Below are positions 45,074 through 56,015 of a stretch of 64,000 nucleotides of DNA, in pieces (positions within the stretch are counted from its first letter, which is position 1; each line of letters opens with the position of its first letter). Below the pieces are notes generated by a model, which had not been told where the DNA came from, searched no databases, and saw nothing but the letters and a program-made list of their open reading frames with translations. Made by a program: the position numbers and the translations under genes. This stretch comes from Sedimentisphaerales bacterium (lineage in GTDB: Bacteria; Planctomycetota; Phycisphaerae; Sedimentisphaerales; Anaerobacaceae), in contig OY970194.1 of assembly GCA_963708075.1 (NCBI GenBank), forward strand, positions 6,912,001 through 6,976,000, read 5' to 3'.

Positions 45074-46477
45074 TCACTGCCGGCGTAAGCGATCCGCATT
45101 CCCTTGCCCGGATGTTGCGGAGGCGGGGGCAGTGCCTGTGACCGTCACCTGGACCTCCTTCGTCACGGCGTTACCGGAATCGTCGGTCACTGTCAGATAA
45201 GCCGTGTAGAGCCCCGGATTGTGGAAGGTCTTCACGGGATTGGGGTGAAGATAGAAGGGCTCCCCGCCGGGGGCGCCGTTCGGGTTGTAGGAGAAGGTCC
45301 CGTCGCCGAACGTCCAGACGTACTCGATGACCCGGCCGTCAGGATCGGTCGCCTCGGCCGAGAAGTGCACCGTCAGCGGCACATCGCCTTGCGTGACATC
45401 GGCCCGGGCTGTCACTTCAGGCGGCTGGCCCGTCACGGTCTTTCGCAGGTACCAAGACGTGGCTGTCGGATCGGTCTTGAAGAAGGCGTAGATCTGGTCT
45501 GCGCATTTCTGAGCCCCGGAGGCTTCCGGGTGCGGATTGTTGTACACGTCGCTCGTCGGCTCGCAGCACGTCCAGATCAGCCCATCCGAGCGGGGCTTGA
45601 GTCCGTCGCACCAGAAGTACGGACCCCACAGGATCAGTGGCGCTTTGACCTCACCTTTGGCGGGATCCCAATTCAGGTCCGGGTCGCCCTTCATCTGCTT
45701 GTCGATCATCCAGCGGACGGAGAAGCCCGCCTCATAGCAGTCCGGCTCGCCCTTGCGGTGCATGAGGTAGGCACGTTCCCGGCTGCTGTAGTACGCCAGC
45801 TTGACATTGGGGAAATGGACCTTGAGGTTGCGGGCCGTCGCCTCCAGATATCGCTGCAACTCTTGGGCGTAAGTCGGAAACGGCCCTGTTTCGCGCAGCG
45901 CGTGCAGGACCCAGATCACCTGCACCTGGGCCGGGGTGACTTTTGCCTTGGCCAGAAGGCTCTTCATCGTCGAATAGGTCGTGGAATCCACGGACTCCCA
46001 GTCCATGGCCGCTCGGGTCCCCTGGGCCCCATTGACGATCACCAGTTGCGGGTTGCGGGCAGGATCGTCCTCGGCCCGCTTGTGGAAAGCGGCGTGTGGC
46101 AAATCCGGACGGCCCTCAAAGAAGATATTCGTATTGGACATGCCCGCCGACATCATGACGATTTTGCCGCCTTCAGGGTCCGGATTGCCCTGGGCATCCA
46201 GCGGCTGGATCTGATTCCTCGCGATATCGAGCGCACGGGCCTCCAGCTCCGGCGGGCGAATGCACCACCCATCCGGATAAAGTCCGCCCAACTCCGTGTG
46301 GCCATCGCGCGTGTATGTCATCGGCCCCAGGTCCGGCAGGGGGATATACCCCAACTCGGTCAGGGAGGGGTCCATCGGGTTCTGCGGCTCGGCTGTTGTT
46401 CGCTGCGCTGCGATCCAGCAGAACCCGTGCGCGGCGATCGCGACCGTCAGGGCCATCGATATGTATTGCCGTTCCAT
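45074..46477 (-). CDS. Secreted SGNH-like hydrolase domain plus C-terminal PKD domain
   Basis: PKD: PLTVHFSA..DPDG....Y.WTFGDG..PG.YT..LTVTD. N-terminal GMSN, NGAQG and D...HP..G blocks. Confidence 0.7.
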   Translation of the reverse strand: MERQYISMALTVAIAAHGFCWIAAQRTTAEPQNPMDPSLTELGYIPLPDLGPMTYTRDGHTELGGLYPDGWCIRPPELEARALDIARNQIQPLDAQGNPDPEGGKIVMMSAGMSNTNIFFEGRPDLPHAAFHKRAEDDPARNPQLVIVNGAQGTRAAMDWESVDSTTYSTMKSLLAKAKVTPAQVQVIWVLHALRETGPFPTYAQELQRYLEATARNLKVHFPNVKLAYYSSRERAYLMHRKGEPDCYEAGFSVRWMIDKQMKGDPDLNWDPAKGEVKAPLILWGPYFWCDGLKPRSDGLIWTCCEPTSDVYNNPHPEASGAQKCADQIYAFFKTDPTATSWYLRKTVTGQPPEVTARADVTQGDVPLTVHFSAEATDPDGRVIEYVWTFGDGTFSYNPNGAPGGEPFYLHPNPVKTFHNPGLYTAYLTVTDDSGNAVTKEVQVTVTGTAPASATSGQGNADRLRRQ

Positions 46478-46762
46478 CTCAGTCGCCTCGATTGAGGGAT
46501 AATCCCGTTCCGGGGCACGATATCATCGGCCGTGGGGAGCCTAAGCACGCCGGCAGGTAAGACGCAGACGCACCTTCAGCTATTGCCGCAAAACCCGCAT
46601 TTTCGCAGTGCCCATGGCACTGACAGAGTCATTTTCTGCCGGGGAATCAGCAGAAGGATTGTGATCCGAAAGGGCCTTACAAGGATACGTAAAGTAGGGG
46701 TAGTGAGTGAATTGTTGTGATAGAGAACCAACATGGGGAAACCTATTTGAAGGGAAAAGGCT

Positions 46763-47596
46763 ATGTTAGGCAACGAAGAAGTACATGAGCATGAGCATGA
46801 GTACAGCGAGGGTGCTTATTCGCGGGACTGGTACGCCGGTTTGCGACGGCTGTCATGGGGAGCGATTATCGCCGGGGCATTGGTAACGATGGCGATTTTC
46901 GCGACGCTCCAGATACTTGGGGCAGGGATCGGTCTTTCCTCCATCGATCTGACAGGCCGCGAAGTTACAAGCGGCAGATCGCTGGGCATTGGGGCGGCGG
47001 TATGGTGGCTGATTGCGGGGCTTATCTCGCTTTTCATTGGCGGATGGGTCGCCGGGCGGTTTGCCTTGCTGCCGAACAAGCTGGATCGAATGCTGCACGG
47101 ACTAACCACGTGGGCGCTTTTCTACGTGATCATGTTCGTCCTGGCGACAACGGCGATGAGCGCTCTCGTGGGCGGCGGGCTCTCTATGCTGGGCAAAGGC
47201 GCTGAAGCGGCCGGTCAGGCAGCGGTTTCTCCGCAGGGCCAGCAGACGCTTGAGGAGCAGGGGCTGACGCCTGAGCAGATCCGGGACCGGATCGCTGCGG
47301 CTACGGGACCCGGTACTACTCCGCAAGAGCAGCAGGCAAAGGAGACCGGCGAGCAGGCGGCGAACATCACCGGCGGCACGTTCATCGGCCTCGCGATTTC
47401 GATGCTCCTGGGTGCTGTAGCGGCGGCGCTCGGCAGCCTGTTGGCGCCGCGCCATCTGTGCCCGCGTACAAACGTACCCCCGTCAGAACTGAGGCAGGTA
47501 CGTACGTTTCGCGATAAGCAGGAAGAACTGAGGCTTGAGGGGCGGGTCTCAACCGGCCGCTATCCCGTCGGGGTCTGCGGTCCTTTCCGCCGATAG
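46763..47596 (+). CDS. Hypothetical integral membrane protein (SWGAIIAG family); C-terminus uncertain
   Basis: Four hydrophobic segments and an HGL.TWAL motif. A possible frameshift near 47450 would end it at ~47518. Confidence 0.75.
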   Translation: MLGNEEVHEHEHEYSEGAYSRDWYAGLRRLSWGAIIAGALVTMAIFATLQILGAGIGLSSIDLTGREVTSGRSLGIGAAVWWLIAGLISLFIGGWVAGRFALLPNKLDRMLHGLTTWALFYVIMFVLATTAMSALVGGGLSMLGKGAEAAGQAAVSPQGQQTLEEQGLTPEQIRDRIAAATGPGTTPQEQQAKETGEQAANITGGTFIGLAISMLLGAVAAALGSLLAPRHLCPRTNVPPSELRQVRTFRDKQEELRLEGRVSTGRYPVGVCGPFRR

Positions 47597-47698
47597 CTGA
47601 CATTCAAGGCCCGCCCCCGGCCCCTTGCACAGACATCGCACCTTCCTCCTCGTCCACGAGCATGATAATTGTCTGTGGTTACAGTGGCTTTATCGTGC

Positions 47699-47727
47699 TT
47701 GACAACCAATATCCCATGGCTTATCTT
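47699..47727 (+). promoter_or_regulatory. Sigma70 promoter of the gltX operon
   Basis: TTGACA-N17-TATCTT; AGGAG RBS downstream. Confidence 0.7.
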
Positions 47728-47765
47728 GATGATTTCCATAGGTTTACGACGAGGAGTGCCAAGCA

Positions 47766-49433
47766 GTGTCAGAGAGAGTGGTAACGCGATTTGCGCCTTC
47801 GCCAACGGGGTATTTGCATGTGGGCGGGGCGAGGACCGCGCTGTTTAACTGGTTGTGGGCCCGCCGCACAGGCGGCACGTTCCTTCTGCGCATCGAGGAT
47901 ACCGACCTGAAGCGCAACACGCCCACCGCTGCTAAGCAGGTGATGCAGGACCTGCGCTGGCTGGGCATCGAGTGGGATGAGGGTCCGGAGGTCGGGGGGC
48001 CGAACGGGCCGTACTTCCAGTCGCAGCGGACGGAGACCTACGACCGGTATGTCCGCCAGTTGCTCGAAGAGGGCAGGGCGTATTACACCTTCGAAACCAC
48101 CGGAGAGCTCGACGCGATGCGGGCTCAGGCCGATGCCCAGAAGAAGGGTTTTGTCTATTCCCGGCCGAAGCAGTTTCCATCCGAAGCGGATGCGGAGCGG
48201 GCGCGGGCAGAGGGCCGATCCGTAACCGTTCGCTTCGCCATGCCGCTGGGCAAGCCGATTGTCGTGAACGACATCATTCGCGGTCAAATCTCATTCGAGC
48301 CCGCCGAGTTGGGCGATTTCATCATCATCAAGAGCGACGGCTTTCCGACCTACAACTTCGCCTGCGTCGTGGACGATTATCACATGAAGATCACGCACGT
48401 GATCCGTGGGCAGGAGCACCTGATGAACACGCCGAGCCAGCAGGCCCTCTGGCAGGCCTTGTTTCCGGATAGCCCGCCGCCGCAATACGCCCACATGTCC
48501 GTCACGGTCAGCGACACCGGCGGCAAGCTCTCCAAGCGGGAGCGCCCGGAGACACTCAGAAAAGTGATCCTGGAGAAGGCCAAGACCGAGCCTGAGATCG
48601 TCAGCATCATCTCCGCCAACAGCGGCTTGAGCGTTGAGGGCCTGCAGGACTTCCTCGACGGCAAAAAGGTTCCGGATATGCCCGACGTGGAGCGGGTGGC
48701 GGCGTATCTCGGTGTTCCGCTGCCGGAGATCAACATCATCGATTTCTTCCGCAGCGGCTATCTGCCCGAGACGCTGGTCAACTTCCTGGCCCTGCTTGGC
48801 TGGAACCCCGGCGACCAGCGGGAGATCATGACGACTGAGGAACTTGTATGTGCATTTGACCCGTCACGGCTGACGAAAAGCAACAGCCTCTTCGACCGCA
48901 AAAAACTCCTGGCGTTCAACACGGAGCACCTGCGAATCGAGCCTCGGGAGAAGGTCCTGGCGCACTTCAAGGCATATCTGAAAGAGAGGAATTCGCCCCT
49001 GCTTGCGGCCGATGACGAGACCCTGTTAAAGATCATCCAACTCTGCGAAGGGGCGCGAACATTTGCCGATATCGAGCGTAAAAGTGTTTTTATATTTATA
49101 ACTGACAATCGGATTGAATTCGACGAGAAGGCGGTCAGCAAGGTGCTCCTGAAGGATCGGGCTTTGGACATACTGCAGAGGGTGCGCGAGGAACTGGCGA
49201 GGATGGACCAGTTCACCGAGCAAGCCATCGAGGAGATGCTGCGCGGGCTGGCCGAGGAAGGACAGGTCGGCCTGGGCAAAGTGGCGCAGCCTTTGCGCGT
49301 GGCCTTGTGCGGCACGACCATCAGCCTTCCCATTTTCGATTCCGTGAGCATGCTGGGCAAGGAGCGTACGCTTCGGCGAATCGACCTGACCCTGGAGAAG
49401 TTCCGCTCCCGGACACAGGCGCAGACGGAGTAA
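47766..49433 (+). CDS. gltX: Glutamate--tRNA ligase with a ~60-aa insertion after KLSKR
   Basis: TRFAPSPTGYLHVGG, LRIEDTD, ITHVIRG.EH, KLSKR, NFLALLGW. Confidence 0.96.
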   Translation: MSERVVTRFAPSPTGYLHVGGARTALFNWLWARRTGGTFLLRIEDTDLKRNTPTAAKQVMQDLRWLGIEWDEGPEVGGPNGPYFQSQRTETYDRYVRQLLEEGRAYYTFETTGELDAMRAQADAQKKGFVYSRPKQFPSEADAERARAEGRSVTVRFAMPLGKPIVVNDIIRGQISFEPAELGDFIIIKSDGFPTYNFACVVDDYHMKITHVIRGQEHLMNTPSQQALWQALFPDSPPPQYAHMSVTVSDTGGKLSKRERPETLRKVILEKAKTEPEIVSIISANSGLSVEGLQDFLDGKKVPDMPDVERVAAYLGVPLPEINIIDFFRSGYLPETLVNFLALLGWNPGDQREIMTTEELVCAFDPSRLTKSNSLFDRKKLLAFNTEHLRIEPREKVLAHFKAYLKERNSPLLAADDETLLKIIQLCEGARTFADIERKSVFIFITDNRIEFDEKAVSKVLLKDRALDILQRVREELARMDQFTEQAIEEMLRGLAEEGQVGLGKVAQPLRVALCGTTISLPIFDSVSMLGKERTLRRIDLTLEKFRSRTQAQTE

Positions 49434-49435
49434 CG

Positions 49436-50341
49436 ATGCCACTACTGGTTACGGGGTCCATAGGGATAGACACGGTCAAGACGCCCCACGGTCTCAGTGA
49501 GAACTGTATCGGGGGCTCGGCGATCTACTTCACCATGGCGGCGAGCTTCTTCTCGCACGTCCGGTTCATCGGCGTCGTCGGCTCGGACTGCCCGTTCAAC
49601 ATCCCCGAAATCTTCACCGGCAAAGACGTGGACCTGAGGGGCCTGGAAGTCCGGGGGACCAGCAAGACCTTCCGCTGGGCCGGGACCTACATGGAGACGA
49701 TGGACGACCGCGTGACCGACTACATGGAGCTCAACGTCCTGGCCGAGCATCCACCCGTCGTGCCCAAGGCATTCGCCGACAGCCGGTTTGTCTTTCTCGC
49801 CAATACTGCCCCGCGACTTCAAATCGAGCTGCTCAGCCAGATCAAGTCTCCGATCTTCGTAGCGGCTGATACGATGGACTGCTGGATCACGGACCACCTG
49901 GCGGACCTGAGCGAGCTGATGAAAAGAATCGATTGCCTCATCATTAACGCCGACGAGGCCAAGCTGCTGGCCCGGCAACTGAATCTGGTCCGGGCCGCCG
50001 AGCAGATCCTGACGATGGGACCATCCACCGTCATCATCAAGAAGGGGGAGTCGGGCTCATTGATGTGCCTGAAGGATGGGAGCCGATTTGTCCTGCCGGC
50101 CTATCCGGCCACGGAGGTCATTGACCCGACCGGGGCCGGGGACAGCTTCGCCGGCGGGCTCATGGGCTATCTCGCCCAGGCTCGCAAGACGGATTTCGAC
50201 ACACTCAAGACCGCCGTGGCGTACGGCACGGTCGTCGCCTCGTTCACGATCGCGGATTTCTCGCTCAACGGGCTGAAGAAGATCTCGCGTCATGACATCG
50301 ATAATCGATTGGAGATGCTCCGGAAGTTCACAAGCTTCTGA
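49436..50341 (+). CDS. PfkB/ribokinase-family kinase
   Basis: GGSA, IIKKGE.G, DPTGAGDSFAGG. Confidence 0.92.
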   Translation: MPLLVTGSIGIDTVKTPHGLSENCIGGSAIYFTMAASFFSHVRFIGVVGSDCPFNIPEIFTGKDVDLRGLEVRGTSKTFRWAGTYMETMDDRVTDYMELNVLAEHPPVVPKAFADSRFVFLANTAPRLQIELLSQIKSPIFVAADTMDCWITDHLADLSELMKRIDCLIINADEAKLLARQLNLVRAAEQILTMGPSTVIIKKGESGSLMCLKDGSRFVLPAYPATEVIDPTGAGDSFAGGLMGYLAQARKTDFDTLKTAVAYGTVVASFTIADFSLNGLKKISRHDIDNRLEMLRKFTSF

Positions 50342-50355
50342 AGGGGTTGACAACC

Positions 50356-50922
50356 ATGCGTTGTTTCATAGCCATCGATATACCCGAGGACATCCGGGCG
50401 GACCTGACGGACCTGCAGAAGGAGCTGGCCGGCCGCGTGGATATCCAGAAGGGCGACGTCAAGTGGGTCGAGTCGGAGAGCATGCACCTGACGCTGAAAT
50501 TCCTCGGCGAGGTGCCGGACAATCAGATCGCCGAAGTCTGCAACGTCGTCAAAGACGTGGCGGCCCGGCATCAGGCGTTTGACTTTGACGTCAAGGAGGT
50601 CGGCTCGTTCGGCGGCCGAAGCGCCCGCGTCCTGTGGGTCGGGGCCGGGCTCCATAGTCCCGAGCTGCTCCGGTTGCAGGAGGACCTCGAAGAGCAGTTG
50701 GCGCAGGCCGGCTGGCCGAAAGAGGGCCGGCAGTTCTCGGCTCACCTGACGCTCTGCCGTATCCGCAACAGCAAGGCCGGCGAGAAGCTCGGCCAGCTCG
50801 CAGAACAATACAAGGACTTCGACCTTGGCACAGTCCGGGGTGACTCGCTCTGTGTCTACGAGAGCCAGTTGAGACCTGAAGGGCCAATGTACACCCGTTT
50901 GGGAAACTATAAGTTGCAGTGA
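50356..50922 (+). CDS. thpR: RNA 2',3'-cyclic phosphodiesterase (2H family)
   Basis: MRCFIAI, HLTLKFLG and F.AHLTL.R motifs; upstream of recA. Confidence 0.93.
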   Translation: MRCFIAIDIPEDIRADLTDLQKELAGRVDIQKGDVKWVESESMHLTLKFLGEVPDNQIAEVCNVVKDVAARHQAFDFDVKEVGSFGGRSARVLWVGAGLHSPELLRLQEDLEEQLAQAGWPKEGRQFSAHLTLCRIRNSKAGEKLGQLAEQYKDFDLGTVRGDSLCVYESQLRPEGPMYTRLGNYKLQ

Positions 50923-50923
50923 A

Positions 50924-50966
50924 GGAGTTCTGCAAAATAAGCCTGATTCCCATTTTGCAGAACTCC
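50924..50966. repeat. Perfect 15-bp inverted repeat with a 13-nt loop between thpR and recA
   Basis: GGAGTTCTGCAAAAT-N13-ATTTTGCAGAACTCC. Confidence 0.8.
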
Positions 50967-51012
50967 GGATAGAAACAGAAACAATGGAAGGGCGAGAGTT
51001 GGAGGTAGTTCC

Positions 51013-52080
51013 ATGGCAAAAACGAAGAAATCAACAACCACAGAAACCGCAAGTGACGGCAAGCAGGCGGCGCTGCATCGCGTGATCGCGCAGATCGAGA
51101 AGCAGTACGGCCAGGGCTCCATCATGCAGATGGACGAGAACTCCTATGCCCACATCGAGGGCATCAGCACCGGGGCGTTGTCCCTCGACATCGCGCTCGG
51201 CGGCGTGGGCATCCCGCGAGGCCGCGTCACGGAGCTGTTCGGGCCGGAATCGTCCGGCAAGACCACGCTCGCCCTGCATATCATCGCCAGCGCCCAAAAA
51301 GCCGGCGGCATCGCCGCGTTCATCGACGCCGAGCACGCGCTGGACACCACCTGGGCCAAGAGGCTGGGCGTGGACGTCAGCAGCCTGCTGGTCAGCCAGC
51401 CCGACACCGGCGAGCAGGCCCTCGACATCGCCGAGATGCTCATTGCATCCAATTCCGTGGACGTGATCGTCGTCGACTCCGTGGCGGCGCTGACGCCGAA
51501 GGCGGAGCTTGAAGGCGACATGGGCGACAGTCACATGGGCCTGCAGGCCCGGCTGATGAGCCAGGCGATGCGCAAGCTCACCGGCATCATCAGCAAGAGC
51601 AAGACGGCCCTGATCTTCATCAACCAGATTCGTATGAAGATCGGCGTCATGTTCGGCAACCCCGAGACGACCACGGGCGGAAAGGCCCTGAAGTTCTACA
51701 GCTCTGTCCGCCTCGACCTGCGAAGGCTGAACACGCTGAAGGACAACACCGGCGCGATCGGCTCCCGCGTCAAGGCCCGCGTGGTCAAGAACAAGATCGC
51801 GCCGCCGTTCCGTGAGACCGAGTTCGACATCATGTTCGATAGCGGAATCAGCTACGAGGGCGATTTACTGGACCTGGCGATGGCCCGCGGGGTCGTCGAG
51901 CGAAGCGGCGCCTGGATCAACTACGGCAGCGGCCGTCTCGGCCAGGGCCGGGAGAACGCCAAGAAGTACCTGGTGGAGAACCCCGAGCTGCGCGAGGAGA
52001 TCAAGGCCAAGGTCCTCGCCGGCAAGAACCTCGCCGGCGAGGCGGCGCCCTCGGAAGAGCCGGCAGAGGTCGAGGCCTAA
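51013..52080 (+). CDS. recA: Recombinase A
   Basis: [44 protein letters not shown]. Confidence 0.99.
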   Translation: MAKTKKSTTTETASDGKQAALHRVIAQIEKQYGQGSIMQMDENSYAHIEGISTGALSLDIALGGVGIPRGRVTELFGPESSGKTTLALHIIASAQKAGGIAAFIDAEHALDTTWAKRLGVDVSSLLVSQPDTGEQALDIAEMLIASNSVDVIVVDSVAALTPKAELEGDMGDSHMGLQARLMSQAMRKLTGIISKSKTALIFINQIRMKIGVMFGNPETTTGGKALKFYSSVRLDLRRLNTLKDNTGAIGSRVKARVVKNKIAPPFRETEFDIMFDSGISYEGDLLDLAMARGVVERSGAWINYGSGRLGQGRENAKKYLVENPELREEIKAKVLAGKNLAGEAAPSEEPAEVEA

Positions 52081-52116
52081 ACGACCGATTGAGGTGAGAA
52101 AAACCGTGAAGCCTGG

Positions 52117-52178
52117 GCAGGGGCAACCCCCTCGGGTTGCCCCGAACCAGCCGGGCAGGCACTGGGGCCTGCCCCTGC
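52117..52178. repeat. Degenerate GTAG-type REP doublet (GCAG ends)
   Basis: GCAG-GGGCAACCC-CCTC-GGGTTGCCC ... GGGCAGGC-ACTGGG-GCCTGCCC-CTGC. Confidence 0.7.
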
Positions 52179-52202
52179 ATGTTTGTTGGAAGGTGTTGTG
52201 GA

Positions 52203-54921
52203 ATGCTGAGCGCCAAACAGATTCGCAGTGGATTCGTCGAGTTCTTCAAGGGCAAAGAGCACGTGTTTGTGCCGAGCTCGCCAATTGTGCCGCGCGATGA
52301 TGAGAACCCTGCTGTTCACCAATGCGGGCATGAACCAGTTCAAGGACATTTTCCTGGGGCTGCGGCCCCCGGACTGGCCCCGGGCGGTCAACAGCCAGAA
52401 GTGTCTCCGCGTCAGCGGCAAGCACAACGACTTGGAAGAGGTCGGCAAGGACACGTATCACCACACCTTCTTCGAGATGCTCGGCAACTGGTCGTTCAAC
52501 GATTACTTCAAGGCGGAGGCCATCGCGTGGGCATGGGAGCTGCTGACGAAGGTCTGGGGGATCAACCCGGACCAGCTCTGGGCCTCGGTCTTCGCCGGCG
52601 ACGATGCGGACGGCCTGCCCCGGGACGATGAGGCCGCGGAGCTCTGGACGAAGCTGACGCCCATCCCGCACGAGCGGGTCGTTGCGTTCGGCAGGAAAGA
52701 CAACTTCTGGGAAATGGGCGAAACCGGCCCGTGCGGCCCGTGCAGCGAGATCCACATCGATCTCGGCCCCGACCGCTGCGACAAGAAGGGTGTCCCCGGC
52801 CATGAGTGTCAGGTCAACGGCGACTGCGCGAGGTTCATCGAGCTGTGGAACCTCGTGTTCATTCAGTACAACCGCCAGCCGACGGGCAAGCTCGTGCCGC
52901 TGTCCGCCCGGTACATCGATACCGGCGCCGGACTGGAGCGGGTCGTCTCTGTGCTTCAGAACAAGCGGAGCAACTACGACACCGACCTGTTCATGCCGAT
53001 CATCGAGCGAACGGCCGAGATGTCAGGCCACAAGTACACCTCGCAGCTTGGCAGCAAGACCGATAATGCATTTCGGGTGATCGCGGACCACAGTCGCACG
53101 CTGGTGTTCGCCATTACCGATGGTGCGACGCCCTCCAACGAGGGCAGGGGGTACGTCATTCGTCGCATCCTCCGCCGGGCGTCGCGGTTCGGCCGCGAGC
53201 TGGACTTGCACGAGCCTTTCCTCTACAAGCTCGTTCCCGTGGTCGTCGATATGCTCGGCGACGCCTTCCCGGAAATCCGCCAGCGGGCCAATCACGTCGC
53301 GACCGTGATCCAGTCCGAGGAGGTCAGTTTCGGCAGGACCCTGGACCGGGGCCTCGAAATCTTCACGGCCGCGGCGAATCGCTCGGCGAAAACCCCCGCG
53401 AAAGTCATCAGCGGCGACGACGCCTTCCAGCTTTACGATACCTACGGCTTCCCGCCCGACCTGACGCAGCTCATGGCAAGTGAACGCGGGCTCAAGGTCG
53501 ATCTCGACCGTTTCGATACGCTGATGAAAGAGCAGCGGGAGCGCGCCAGGGCAGCCCAGAAGAGCGACTCGCTTCTGGCGGGCTTGTCCGACATCGAGCT
53601 GCCGGCGACCGAGGACCTTCACAAGTATCACACCGACCGCTGCGAAGCCACGCTCCTCGGCTGGATCGATGCCGAAGGATTCAAAAGGCAGGGCAATGTC
53701 CCGGCGGGGACCAAGATCGGCCTTGTTCTGAACAAGACCTGTTTCTATGCCGAGTCCGGCGGGCAGGTCGGCGACACCGGCGTCATTCTCACCAACGGCA
53801 GCCAGTTCGCCGTCCAGGCCACGATGAAGATCGCCAACTGCGTCGTCCATCGCGGCAAGCTGGCCCAGGGCTCGCTCCTCGCCGGCCAGAATGTCACGGC
53901 CATCGTCAGCGCGGATCGAAACTCCACCCGCAAGAATCATACAGCCACGCACCTTCTCCAGTGGGCGCTACAGCAGGTGCTCGGCAAGTCGGCCGCCCAG
54001 CAGGGCAGCTACGTCGGGCCCGACTATCTGCGATTCGATTTCACCTATCCGAGGGCGCCCACGAAGGAAGAGATCAGAGAGGCTGAGCGGCTGGTCCGGG
54101 AGAAGATCGCCACCGATGAGCCTGTGACATGGGTCGTATTGCCCAGGGAGCAGGCGGAGAGGCTCGGCGCCATGGCGCTGTTCGGCGAGAAGTATGGCAG
54201 CGAGGTCCGTGTCGTTTGCCTCGGCGCGACGGACAAGGACCACGTTGATGACGCGTTCAGCCGGGAGTTCTGCGGCGGCACGCACGTCGTCCACCTCGGT
54301 TCCATCGGCGGATTCAAGGTTCTCAGGGAAGAGAGCGTTTCGGCGGGTGTTCGCCGGATCACCGCCCTGACCGGCTCAGCCCTGATTGCCTACCTCGAAC
54401 GGGCCGGTGAGATCGTCGATCAGCTCTCCGCGCAGCTTCAGATTTCGACCGACAAGGTGGCCGATCGCGTCACGCAGATCATCGAGGACAATAAGCGCCT
54501 CACCAAGCAGCTCAAGACCGCCTCGAAAACAGGCGGCCCCGACACGATGGCCGAGGCGAGGAGCCTCCTCGAAGCCGGCGAGAAGATTGGCGGCTCGGTG
54601 GCCATCGTCGGACGGCTGTCTACGACGTCCGTGGACCGGGCCCGCGAGGCCATCGACATGCTCAAGAAGAAGGCCGGCTCGGCCGCGATTGTGCTGGCTT
54701 ATGAAGACGACGGCAAGGTGATGCTCCTGGCCGGTGTCACCGACGATCTCATCGGCAAGGGCCTCAAAGCAGGCGACCTCGTCAAGACCATCGCCCCCAT
54801 TGTTGATGGCGGCGGCGGCGGCAAACCCCAAATGGCCCAGGCCGGCGGCAAGACCCCCGCCAAAATCGACGAGGCGCTGGCCAAAGCCAAAGAGCTGATC
54901 AAGGCCGGACTCGCCGGGTAG
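52203..54921 (+). CDS. alaS: Alanine--tRNA ligase; frameshift at ~52303
   Basis: MLSAKQIR..F.EFF in one frame and TLLFTNAGMNQFK onward in the next. HTATHLL, EFCGGTH, GGGGG.P.MAQAGG. Confidence 0.96.
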
Positions 54922-55052
54922 ATTCAGAGCACGGAATGCGAAATCTGCGACAAATCGCCTGAAGGACTTCGCTGGTCAAGCGTCTGTTCTTCCAGAGTGT
55001 CGAAGTAAGGTCGTTGGGATTTGTCGAGCATTTGTGTTCTCGCGGCGGGTCC

Positions 55053-56012
55053 ATGATACACTTCGAATGTCCGCATTGTGGCGTGAAACTCAAGGTGCCG
55101 GACACCCATGTCGGCAAAGGAGGCCGGTGCCCGCACTGCAAGAGCAGAATCACAGTCCCGCAGATGCCCGTGCCGCAGCCGCGGGTCGATTTGGAGAGAG
55201 CGAGTGCCGCGACAGGCAGAACCGTGAGTCCTCTCCACGAGGCACTGTTTGATCTGCCGCGCAAGTCTGCGCCACTTGTGGCTCAGCCCAACACAGCGGC
55301 CGATGAAATGACGCCATCCGATGAGGAAACCCCTCGATCCGCTCTGGGTCTTTTGTTTTACCCGATAAGTGTCTCGGGCGTCATCCATGTGCTGATCTTC
55401 TCGCTCCTGCCGCCGCTCTGGGCACTGGCCGCGAAACTTCAATTCTGGATGTCGCCTGGGATCGGTCCTTTGCTCTGGCTGGTGCTGCTCGATTTGTACC
55501 TGGTGTATTACCTGTCCATGTGCCTCAGCGGCAGCGCCAGGGCCAGACTCGTGCCGCCGACATCAACAGTGCCTCTTCGCCGCTCTCGGTAGACGCCTTG
55601 CTTTCGACCTTCCAGACGATCTTCCCGGCTGTGGTTCTGATTGGGGCCGCGCCTATTGCGTATTTTGTCATCCGGGAACGGGTGGATTGGATTCTCATCC
55701 TCTGGACAGCGGCTGCCGGGTTCCTATTCCCGATGATTCTTCTCGCCGTCAACGACTTCGACTCTCTGCGAGGGGCCAACCCCTTCCTGGTTGTGCCGTC
55801 CATCATCAGTGTGCTGGGTCCTTACTGTGGACTTGTATTTGTTCTGTATGTCCTGACCGCGCTGGCCGGCGGGCTGATGTACCTGTCTTGCAGACCCGGC
55901 GGGACCTGGCTCGCCCGCCCGCCCGCCGATCATTTACATCCTTTTGTTGCAGACTCATCTGCTGGGGCGATTCTACTGGCGGTACCAGGGGCGCCTCAGG
56001 TGGGGGGCATGA
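55053..56012 (+). CDS. Zinc-ribbon-containing membrane protein; frameshifts at ~55540 and ~55920
   Basis: MIHFECPHCG..G..GRCPHCK, then TM helices spread over three frames, ending LLGRFYWRYQGRLRWGA*. Confidence 0.65.
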
Positions 56013-56015
56013 GCG

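Noticed and set aside
52203..54921. alaS as a pseudogene or programmed frameshift
   Set aside because: No slippery motif, essential gene, and many similar indels elsewhere in the window.
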